Part shown: positions 36,284-44,489 of the stretch, in pieces | Numbering within the stretch: the first letter of the stretch is position 1 | How the letters are laid out: each line of letters starts with the position of its first letter | Position numbers and translations under genes: made by a program | The notes under the pieces: model-generated | Databases searched by the model: none | What the model saw: the letters and a program-made list of their open reading frames with translations, nothing else | What the model was told of the DNA's origin: nothing | Source of the DNA: an uncultured Candidatus Saccharibacteria bacterium | GTDB lineage: Bacteria > Patescibacteriota > Minisyncoccia > Phycocordibacterales > Zambryskibacteraceae | NCBI GenBank assembly: GCA_964383705.1 | Contig: CAYLHJ010000006.1 | Coordinates: 1-50,218 of the forward strand | DNA length: 50,218 nucleotides | Direction of reading: 5' to 3'

Positions 36284-38498
36284 TGTTTAAATCGGTTTCT
36301 GTACCACTTGTTTCTCCTTCTGATTTTATAAGCACATCTCTCGGTTTTGAACCCGATCCTGGGCCGACAACCCCCCTCTCCTCAAGCATATCCATCAATC
36401 TGGCTGCCCGAGCGTATCCAACACCAAGTTTTCTCTGAAGATAAGAAGTTGAGGCTTTGCCCGCGTTAATAACTACTTCGCGCGCATCCTCATACAAATC
36501 GTCTCCATCTTCATCATCCAAACTTGCATCAAATATTGCCTGTCTACCAGCGGTCTCTTGTGAAAAATCAATCTCACTTGGCAGGTCACTTTCATAGTTA
36601 TCTACCAAATATTTAACAAGGCGTTTAACTTCACTTTCAGTAATAAATGCTGATTGTATGCGCTGAGGTTTTGACATCTCGCCTGACATATAAAGCATGT
36701 CTCCTGCGCCAAGAAGTTTTTCTGCGCCTGCACTATCTAGAATTGTACGGGAATCAATTTGAGAAGCAACTTGTAATGCAATACGAGAGGGGATATTTGC
36801 CTTGATGAGACCAGTAATAACATTAACCGACGGTCTTTGTGTCGAAAGAATAAGATGTATTCCGACGGCGCGACTCATCTGAGCTAGTCTAACAATTGCA
36901 GATTCGAGCTCTCTTGGATATGCCTGCATAATGTCAGCCAATTCATCTATGATGATCACAATGTATGGCATAGTTTCTGGCATTTCTTCTGTTTCTCCAC
37001 TCTTTTCTTTATATTTTTTTAATTCTGGTTCAAGAATATTTTTATGGTAAGACTCAATATCTCTTACAGAAGATTCTTCAAGCACATCATATCTTCTGTC
37101 CATTTCCTTTGCCGCCCATTTGAGGGCGAGGATGGCTTTCTTGGCTTCTGTAATAACCGGTGTTAATAGGTGAGGGATATTGTTGTAAAGAGTAAGCTCT
37201 ACTCTTTTAGGGTCAATCATCATTAGTTTAAGCGTTTCTGGTGGGTTGCGGAAAAGAAGGGAAGAAATGATGGTGTGTATAGTTACAGACTTACCTGACC
37301 CAGTTGCTCCAGCTATGAGTAAGTGGGGCATTTTTGCAATGTTTGCAAAGTAAGATTTACCAGAGATACCTTTTCCGAGTGAAAAAAGTAGGGCTTTGTC
37401 TGATTCTTGAAACTCGGGTTCTGATAGCAAGCTACCGAGTCCGACAGTAGTTTTTGTGCTGTTTGGTATTTCAATACCGACCAGTGATTTGCCCGGTATG
37501 GGTGCTTCGATTCGAACTGGGTGTGCTGCCAATGCTAGTTCAAGATTATTCTGTAGACCTAAAATTCTGGAAAGTTTCACCCCCTCAGCCGGTTTAAGCG
37601 CGTAACGAGTTATAGATGGTCCTATTGATATCTCGTCCATCTCAACCGCAATTCCAAAATTCTGAAGAGTTCTTTTAATAATGTTTGAGTTTGCTTTTAT
37701 ATCTCCAACCCCCGGTTTACCTCTATCTTTTTCTAGAAGAGACATTGGTGGGGGAGTAAATGGTTTTAATGAAATACTTTTCTGTTTTGTTGATATGAAA
37801 TCTTGAAGGGGATCTTTGTCTTTTTTCAAATCAAGCATTTTGGATATAGGATTTCTGTTTTCAGTATTTTGATCTACTTCGTCGGCTTCTTCTCTAGCAA
37901 CCTCTTCTTTGTTTGGTTGGATGCTTTGAATAATTACAGGGGAGTCTTCTAATGTGCTCGCATTACTGTCTTTCCTAAAGTATGAAAATAAACCACTTAT
38001 TTTGGATAAGAAGTTGAATCTAAGAGTGGTATCAAAAGTGATTAGGAATGAAATAACAAGTAGGGCGACAAGTATTATGCTTGTGGCATAAACATCAAAG
38101 AAATTTATTAGGGGTCTAGATATTATATTTCCGATTAACCCTCCACCCCCTTCGAGAAGCACTGCGATAATTCCAAGTGCAGAAAGGAAAAATAACACAG
38201 AGCCAATGGTTTGTATTAAAGCAAAGTTTCTCTTCAAATTTTGGAAAAATGAGACACAGAGCATAAAAAAGAAAAGACAAAGAACATAATATCCGTAGCC
38301 AAACAAGAGGAAAAACAGGGTGAAAATCTTATTCCCAACAACACCACCTTTATCAAAGGTTGAAAGTATTAGAAATGTGCCAATAACAAAGAAAATTACT
38401 CCTAAAACAGCCCGAACTGTTTCATCCTGTAGATTTGATAGCGGATTTCTTATTGCATCAGTAATCCCATTTTCTTTCCCTTTTTTCTTTCTACCCAT
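36273..38498 (-). CDS. ftsK: DNA translocase FtsK/SpoIIIE
   Basis: 4-TM N-terminus, PHLLIAGATGSGKS, IIDELAD, TQRPS, gamma domain S.LQRKL.VGY.RAAR. Confidence 0.97.
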   Translation of the reverse strand: MGRKKKGKENGITDAIRNPLSNLQDETVRAVLGVIFFVIGTFLILSTFDKGGVVGNKIFTLFFLLFGYGYYVLCLFFFMLCVSFFQNLKRNFALIQTIGSVLFFLSALGIIAVLLEGGGGLIGNIISRPLINFFDVYATSIILVALLVISFLITFDTTLRFNFLSKISGLFSYFRKDSNASTLEDSPVIIQSIQPNKEEVAREEADEVDQNTENRNPISKMLDLKKDKDPLQDFISTKQKSISLKPFTPPPMSLLEKDRGKPGVGDIKANSNIIKRTLQNFGIAVEMDEISIGPSITRYALKPAEGVKLSRILGLQNNLELALAAHPVRIEAPIPGKSLVGIEIPNSTKTTVGLGSLLSEPEFQESDKALLFSLGKGISGKSYFANIAKMPHLLIAGATGSGKSVTIHTIISSLLFRNPPETLKLMMIDPKRVELTLYNNIPHLLTPVITEAKKAILALKWAAKEMDRRYDVLEESSVRDIESYHKNILEPELKKYKEKSGETEEMPETMPYIVIIIDELADIMQAYPRELESAIVRLAQMSRAVGIHLILSTQRPSVNVITGLIKANIPSRIALQVASQIDSRTILDSAGAEKLLGAGDMLYMSGEMSKPQRIQSAFITESEVKRLVKYLVDNYESDLPSEIDFSQETAGRQAIFDASLDDEDGDDLYEDAREVVINAGKASTSYLQRKLGVGYARAARLMDMLEERGVVGPGSGSKPRDVLIKSEGETSGTETDLNNEN

Positions 38499-38590
38499 TG
38501 TTGTGATTATTATTCACAAATAATACCACAAAGCATTAAAGTCTTTTCCTCAAAAACCTAGTTTTTTAAACATAAAAAACACATACTGAC

Positions 38591-38599
38591 TTATCCACA
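38591..38599 (+). promoter_or_regulatory. DnaA box
   Basis: Perfect TTATCCACA; others at 38510 (TTATTCACA), 39707 and 48212. Confidence 0.5.
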
Positions 38600-38609
38600 G
38601 CTCTAAGAT

Positions 38610-38866
38610 AAGGACAATTTTGGCCTAGATTCAAAAGCCTTTTTCAGAAGTTTGGATCTTAAGGACAACTTGACAATTATTAAAGGACACGATAAAATTA
38701 AAAGGACAATAAAAAGACAAATAATTTAATCAGTGACAGATTAAAAGTCATAACATTTCTATGGAATCAAACAAGGACAAATCAAATCAAATTGAAGTTC
38801 ATGATTCATCAAATAAACCCCTAAATAATAGCGATTTTGTATTAAGTCCTTATTTTAATAAAGACA
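38610..38866 (+). repeat. Array of AA(G/A)GACA heptamers over the promoter and 5' end of the 38761 gene
   Basis: AAGGACA at 38610, 38661, 38683, 38702, 38773; AAAGACA at 38713, 38860; inverted pair at 39304/39318. Confidence 0.75.
38670..38698 (+). promoter_or_regulatory. Sigma70 promoter
   Basis: TTGACA-N17-TAAAAT. Confidence 0.75.
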
Positions 38867-39615
38867 AAAATTTTACTTTCGTATTTCAAAAGATAAAAAA
38901 GATTTCGGCTGCTATATATATGCTGACAAATTTTTTTGATGATCAAGAACCACTTAAATGGTCTTTAAGGAAATTAAGTACAGATCTACTCAATACATTG
39001 TCTAGAAAATCTGATGCTCAGAGCGGGGAAGTGGTAAAAAACAAATTGTCGGAAATGATTTTAGAAATAATGTCTCTTTTGGAAGTGGCGTCTTTTGCCG
39101 GCCTCTTGTCACCTATGAATATTTCCATTATTCGCCAAGAGTTTAATGGCGTTTTAGAGAAAATTCGCACAGAGGGCATATCTTTGGGCCGTAATATTTT
39201 TGGAGCAAAGGAGGGATTTTTTAAGGTTGCTGATATTGATAATGGCACAGAAGATTATGAGGGTGCTTTTGGTACCAAAGATTCGTCATCAGGCAATAAT
39301 ATAAAAGACAAAAATATTGTCCTTAAAGATTCTTTGGATTTTGATAGGAAAGATGAAGAGATTAACAATAATTCCGAGGAAGATTTAAAGCCCAAATTAA
39401 AGGTCTTTAGTCCGGTTGCCGTCAAAAAGAACAAGAGACAGAGCGCTATAATCAACCTCATAAAAAAGAAGAAAGAAATAATGATAAAGGATGTGGCTAT
39501 GATTATTGATGATTGTAGTGAAAAAACTCTTCAAAGAGAGCTCGCTTCTCTGGTGGATAGCGGTATATTAATGAAACAAGGTGAAAGGCGTTGGACACGA
39601 TACAGCTTCGCTTAA
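38761..39615 (+). CDS. Four-helix-bundle plus C-terminal DeoR-like winged-HTH DNA-binding protein
   Basis: K..KI..AIY.LT.FF...EPL...LR helical N-domain; RQ..II.LIK...EI.IKDV......CSEKTLQREL..LV..G.L...GERRW.RY. Confidence 0.72.
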   Translation: MESNKDKSNQIEVHDSSNKPLNNSDFVLSPYFNKDKNFTFVFQKIKKISAAIYMLTNFFDDQEPLKWSLRKLSTDLLNTLSRKSDAQSGEVVKNKLSEMILEIMSLLEVASFAGLLSPMNISIIRQEFNGVLEKIRTEGISLGRNIFGAKEGFFKVADIDNGTEDYEGAFGTKDSSSGNNIKDKNIVLKDSLDFDRKDEEINNNSEEDLKPKLKVFSPVAVKKNKRQSAIINLIKKKKEIMIKDVAMIIDDCSEKTLQRELASLVDSGILMKQGERRWTRYSFA

Positions 39616-39781
39616 CCTCATAAAACCCATTGTTTATTGACTTTTTCGTCAATTTTGTTAATATGCAACCTGCTCATGGAGCTAGTTACGCTAGTTATTT
39701 CATGAGTTATCCACACGGTTTTTTGCGGATATGGAGCCTAAGGTTATAATAATGACTATATATAGGGTTAAACCTATATAT

Positions 39782-39808
39782 TGTAATAGATGGAATTATA
39801 ATCCGTCT
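39782..39808 (+). promoter_or_regulatory. ECF-sigma-type promoter TGTAAT-N16-CGTCT
   Basis: Same -35/-10 words and spacing as 9571-9597. Confidence 0.55.
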
Positions 39809-39811
39809 GAT

Positions 39812-40125
39812 TACTAAGACTTTAGTTTCCTGATCTTTGATAATTGAATAGCGAATACAAAAATTTTCTGAACCCCTTTTTTCCTCCATTCTTGTTTAAG
39901 ACAGAAAATCAGTTTTAGATTACCAACTCTCTTCTCGTCCCGAGTCGATTTGCTTTTACTTCGGTAAAGGCAAAATTGGGATGGGGGGTTGAAAAGTTGA
40001 GAAATATTATTAGGAATTTATTAGTTATTAAACCCTCTGGAGAGGAAACTCTCTGGAGTACAACCGTATGTATTTGCGAACACATTATTAGTAATTTTCG
40101 CAAATAGGTACATTGAATTTAAATT
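39812..40125 (+). promoter_or_regulatory. Long structured 5' leader with boxA-like motif
   Basis: TGATCTTTGATAATTGAA at 39831; cUUCGg hairpin 39949-39974; GAAA hairpin 40034-40057. Confidence 0.55.
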
Positions 40126-42120
40126 ATGAAAAGATTACTTACAGGTTTTGTTGCGGTTGCGATGGTTTTGACTCTCTCAGGTGTTGCTGCGGCTCCGGCT
40201 CAAGCAGCTACTGTTGCTGAGCTCTCAGCTATGATCGCTCAATTACAAGCACAGCTCGCTGCGCTTGGAGGAGGGTCTTCATCTGCTGGATACCAATTCA
40301 ACGCTGATTTGACTCTAGGTTCTTCTGGCTCAGATGTTTCTGCGCTACAGAGCTGGTTAATGTCAAAGGGATATTCAATCCCAGCTGGTGCAACTGGTTA
40401 CTTCGGTTCTCAGACACAAGCAGCATTGTCAGCTTACCAAGCGGCTAATGGTATTTCACCAGCAGCTGGTTACTTTGGTCCAATCACTCGAGCAAAAGTA
40501 AATGCTATGGGTGGCACACCAGGAACACCAACACCAGGAACACCTGGCACACCAAGTCCAGTTCTTGAAGGTGATGCAGGATCAGTTGATAACTATTCAC
40601 TTCAATCTGAGTTTAACAACGAAGATGTTGGAGAAGGAGAAGATGAGGTATCTGTTATGAGCTTTGAAGTAGAAGCTGATAATGGTTCTGACCTCGAGTT
40701 CACTTCTATGAAGGTTTGGTTTGAAAACCAAGATACTGGTTCTTCAGAAGACTTCAATGATTACGCTGACTCAGTCCAAATTTGGCTTGATGGTGAAATG
40801 GTTGGAGAAGCAGATGTAAATGATTTCTCTGCTGATGATACGTCAGGAACAGAATCAGATAACTCAACAAGCGATTCTATTGATGAATGGGAGAAAACAA
40901 TTTCTCTTGATAATGCAATCGTTCGCGCTGGTGATACATCAGAATTCGTAGTTTCTGTTACAGCAGTAAATAGCATTGACTCTTCAGATCATGATTCAGA
41001 TGATTGGGATGTTGATGTAACTAATGTTCGATTTGAAGATGCTTCAGGAGCAGTTATTTCTGAAGATCCAGCATTGGATGAAACAGCATTTGACTTCGGA
41101 ACATTCGCTGATGCAACTAACGTTGAAATGAAAGTTTCATTGTCAAATGACAGTCCAGATTCACAAGTTGTGAATGTTGACGATACAGATGAAACAGAAG
41201 GAGTTGAGCTCTTAACATTCGAAATCGAAGCTGAGGGTTCAGATATCGTTTTGAACGATATCCCAGTTCTTCTTACTGTGTCACAACCTACTGTTACTGA
41301 CGATGTTGATTTCGTTGTAAACAACCTTGTTTTGACAGTTAATGGAACAGATTACCAAGAAGCAGTTTCAACTTCAGCAGGTTCAGCAGCTACTGTTACT
41401 TTCGACGATCTTGATATCACGATTGACGAAGGTGATACGCTTGAATTCGTAGTGTCAGCAGATGTCAATGATACTCAGGCTTCTGAGTTTGTTGATGGAG
41501 ACACTTTGAAGGCCGAACTCCGCGCTTCAGAAGTTGACGCTATCGACGCTGATGATCAAGAAGGTGATTCTATTGCTGACGCTGATGCCACTGGTACAGC
41601 TCTCGGTGATGAAATGGCTTTCTACGATGTCGGTATCATGGTTACATTTGTTTCAGCTAGCGAATCAGTTGTAGATGGTGGTGTAAATGCGTTTGATGGT
41701 ACTGGTACATTTGTTATCAAGTACAAGGTAGAAGCTTTTGACGGTTCAATATACTTGTCAGATTCTGCTACAGCAACAACAGCAGCTACTATCCCAGACA
41801 CAACTCTCACTTCAGCTGGTGTTCGTTACCTTGTAGATGGTGCTGGAACAGCAACTACTGCAAATCTATCAACAGTTGTTACATTCAGTACATCTGATGG
41901 TGCAACTGATTCAGGTATAACTAACGGTGTTGAACTTGCAGATGGTGAAACATCAGAGTTCACATTGACAGCTACTCGAACGAACGACAATGCAGGTGAT
42001 GCTGGTCTATTCCGAGTACTTCTTAAGGCAATCACATGGGCAACAACTGACGCTTCAACGCAGAATGTCTATGACTTTGACCTCGAGGATTACAAGACAG
42101 ATTCAGTTTCAATCAACTAA
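40126..42120 (+). CDS. Secreted peptidoglycan-binding, highly acidic S-layer-like protein
   Basis: Signal peptide, coiled coil, PG-binding domain (L.LGS.G.DV.ALQ..L, GYFG..T..AL..YQ, GYFGP.TR), PGT linker, D/T/E-rich beta domains. Confidence 0.82.
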   Translation: MKRLLTGFVAVAMVLTLSGVAAAPAQAATVAELSAMIAQLQAQLAALGGGSSSAGYQFNADLTLGSSGSDVSALQSWLMSKGYSIPAGATGYFGSQTQAALSAYQAANGISPAAGYFGPITRAKVNAMGGTPGTPTPGTPGTPSPVLEGDAGSVDNYSLQSEFNNEDVGEGEDEVSVMSFEVEADNGSDLEFTSMKVWFENQDTGSSEDFNDYADSVQIWLDGEMVGEADVNDFSADDTSGTESDNSTSDSIDEWEKTISLDNAIVRAGDTSEFVVSVTAVNSIDSSDHDSDDWDVDVTNVRFEDASGAVISEDPALDETAFDFGTFADATNVEMKVSLSNDSPDSQVVNVDDTDETEGVELLTFEIEAEGSDIVLNDIPVLLTVSQPTVTDDVDFVVNNLVLTVNGTDYQEAVSTSAGSAATVTFDDLDITIDEGDTLEFVVSADVNDTQASEFVDGDTLKAELRASEVDAIDADDQEGDSIADADATGTALGDEMAFYDVGIMVTFVSASESVVDGGVNAFDGTGTFVIKYKVEAFDGSIYLSDSATATTAATIPDTTLTSAGVRYLVDGAGTATTANLSTVVTFSTSDGATDSGITNGVELADGETSEFTLTATRTNDNAGDAGLFRVLLKAITWATTDASTQNVYDFDLEDYKTDSVSIN

Positions 42121-42157
42121 CCTTTTGGTCTAGTTTAGAGACAGAAAAAGTCTAAAC

Positions 42158-42190
42158 AAAAACCACTTCGAAAGAGGTGGTTTTTGTTTT
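42158..42190 (+). terminator. Intrinsic terminator
   Basis: AAAACCACTTC-GAAA-GAGGTGGTTTT. Confidence 0.85.
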
Positions 42191-42216
42191 GCCCGTTTTT
42201 TGATAGCATAGTGATT

Positions 42217-44226
42217 ATGCAATATAGCGGGATAGGCATTATTACCTCAATATTTATGGCCATATTGCCATTTGCAACTTCTAGGCATCTTTTTTATGGT
42301 GCCATAAATAGTAAGTATTTCTCTATCATTATTTTTGTATTTCTCCTTGCCTTATACGGTGCCTATCAAGTCTTTTATAAAAAACACGAATTTAATATAA
42401 AACGAAGGTGGCTTCTTATTTTTATAACAATAACTATTGCCCTATATTTTATTTCAGCATTTCTGGGTGTTTTCTCGGGGCGTTCTTTGCAATCTGACAT
42501 TGTTCGCTCCAGCGGGGTTTTATTTCTTGCAAGTGTTGGGCTTTTAGCCTACCTATTAAGTGAATTTCTTTCTAAAGAAGATTGGCCACTTATACGTCGT
42601 TCGATTGCAATATCTGGTGGGATATTTGGTCTTTTTACCATTTTAGGTGCAGAAGGTTTTGGTTTAACTAGCAGATTCCTTTGGACAAATCTTGGTATTG
42701 GAGGCTTTACATTTGGGAACAGCACTTTTGCTGGTGTCTATCTTGTTTTGGCGTTTATATCGGGACTTATAGAATTATTCAGATTTGATAAAAAATCTAA
42801 AAGATTTTGGGTTCTCGCCACATCTTTATTATTTATAATCTTTTCTCCGATTATTTTTAATATAGGAATATTTTGGAAAGGCGCTTTGTCCGAAGTCTTC
42901 TCTAATCCACTGTTATTAATAGGAAGTGCTAGGGCATCAAGTGTAACAGCTTGGGCCGTAATTTTATTTTTAATTGGATGGTCGGGTATTAAGCGGATTT
43001 CCAATAAGCAAATTAGAAAATATTTTTTTTCTGGATGGAGCATTTTGTGGGTGGCGGGAATGTTTACAGGCATTGCACTCCTTTTTACTTCAGGAAGTTT
43101 TGTACAAGAAAAATATATTCAATCTTCAAGCGAAGCTCGTATTATTGTTTGGGATAGCGGATTTCAAGCGTGGAAGGAGAGACCAATTCTTGGATGGGGG
43201 TCAGAAAATTTCAATTATGTCTTTGAAAATCATTTCGATAATCGCCTATATTTGGACAAAAACTTTGGTGAGGTTTGGTTTGATAAAGCGCATAATATTT
43301 TTATAGATACCTTGGTTGATGTTGGTGTTTTAGGTTTTCTAGCTATTATTTTGGTTATCGCTTATTTCCTTTTTGTTATCCGGTGTGCTTTTAAAAAGGA
43401 TTTAATTTCAAACTTTGAAGCAATTATTCTTTCGATTTTGCCTTTTGCTCATATTCTCCAATTGCAGACTGGTTTTGATACTCCGGGGACTTTCGCCTTA
43501 CTCACGCTTTTTGGTGGTTATGCCTTATATCTTGAGAAAGAAATGGTTTCAGAAGTTAAAGAAATTAATACAGAAAGCAAAATTAATGTTTGGGTTAATA
43601 AATCTTTTGCTATTCTACTCGCCTTGATTTCAGTTTTTGGTTTGAAGTATTTATTTCTCGATGAATACGGCCGTCAATTTTCATTATTTAAAACATTTAC
43701 GACAAGCGATAACAAAATCCAAGAAAAATATGTAAAAGATTCACTTTCTCGTATTTCTGATTTTGAATCTTTGCGCCTTTCTTCCAATTCATTTATTAAA
43801 GGCGTACTTGAATTAATGGCTTCTCCAAACTTTAATAAAGCAATGGCCGATATCGCCCTTTCTCGCTTGTCATTATATGAAGATCGCTACCGAGCCTATC
43901 TTGAAGAAGTGCCAGATTATTATCGGGCGCGTATGAATTTAGCCCATATCTTGCTTATGGAAACTGTATTAGGCAAAAACAGGATTGCGGAGGCGAGGGA
44001 AATTATAAAAGATTCATATAATATTTCTCCACAAAATCCGCTCACTTACGCAATGGACGCTCTCGCCGATTTATATGTCGGAAATATCAAGGGAGCAAAG
44101 GAAAAAATTAACGCTGGTATTGCTTTAAATCCTGACATACCATTTTCTAAAGAAGTAATGGCTTATATTGAAAGGCAGGAGAAGTCTTTTCCTACAGTTA
44201 CGGTCCTAAAGCTAGAAAATCTGTAA
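42217..44226 (+). CDS. O-antigen ligase / O-oligosaccharyltransferase-like membrane protein with TPR-like tail
   Basis: TFGN, R.IVW....Q....RP.LGWG.ENF, FDKAHN.F.D.LV..G..G; helical C-terminus. Confidence 0.82.
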   Translation: MQYSGIGIITSIFMAILPFATSRHLFYGAINSKYFSIIIFVFLLALYGAYQVFYKKHEFNIKRRWLLIFITITIALYFISAFLGVFSGRSLQSDIVRSSGVLFLASVGLLAYLLSEFLSKEDWPLIRRSIAISGGIFGLFTILGAEGFGLTSRFLWTNLGIGGFTFGNSTFAGVYLVLAFISGLIELFRFDKKSKRFWVLATSLLFIIFSPIIFNIGIFWKGALSEVFSNPLLLIGSARASSVTAWAVILFLIGWSGIKRISNKQIRKYFFSGWSILWVAGMFTGIALLFTSGSFVQEKYIQSSSEARIIVWDSGFQAWKERPILGWGSENFNYVFENHFDNRLYLDKNFGEVWFDKAHNIFIDTLVDVGVLGFLAIILVIAYFLFVIRCAFKKDLISNFEAIILSILPFAHILQLQTGFDTPGTFALLTLFGGYALYLEKEMVSEVKEINTESKINVWVNKSFAILLALISVFGLKYLFLDEYGRQFSLFKTFTTSDNKIQEKYVKDSLSRISDFESLRLSSNSFIKGVLELMASPNFNKAMADIALSRLSLYEDRYRAYLEEVPDYYRARMNLAHILLMETVLGKNRIAEAREIIKDSYNISPQNPLTYAMDALADLYVGNIKGAKEKINAGIALNPDIPFSKEVMAYIERQEKSFPTVTVLKLENL

Positions 44227-44284
44227 TTTATATTGAGGGGGGTTGTGGTTTCCGGATTATTTTTTCATTGTATAATGTTGGTAT

Positions 44285-44446
44285 ATGAGCAAGTATTTTG
44301 ATCAAACTTTTTTTAAGTTTCTGTTTGGTTTCATTGCAATTTTGGCCGCAAGCTTTGCTTTTCTTTACTTTACAAGGCTTTTAGATACAAACAGGGAGCC
44401 GACATTGAATACTTATGCTGAAGTTGAAGTAGTCGGAGCGAATTAA
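44285..44446 (+). CDS. 53-aa single-TM protein (not in ORF track)
   Basis: MSKYFDQTFFKFLFGFIAILAASFAFLYFTR...; TATAAT 8 nt upstream. Confidence 0.55.
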   Translation: MSKYFDQTFFKFLFGFIAILAASFAFLYFTRLLDTNREPTLNTYAEVEVVGAN

Positions 44447-44489
44447 CAAAAAATCCTTAGCATCTGCTGAGGATTTTTTGTATAAATTT

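Noticed and set aside
38610-38866. CRISPR array or KOPS interpretation of the heptamer repeats
   Set aside because: Repeats are 7 nt with irregular short spacers and no cas genes; KOPS are dispersed genome-wide, not clustered in one promoter
38761-39615. Diversity-generating retroelement (Avd-like domain)
   Set aside because: No reverse transcriptase or TR/VR repeat pair seen in the window
38500-39720. oriC at the DnaA boxes
   Set aside because: Only isolated boxes, also found at other promoters (48212); no dnaA/dnaN nearby and overall gene orientation does not switch. GC skew is needed to exclude it fully
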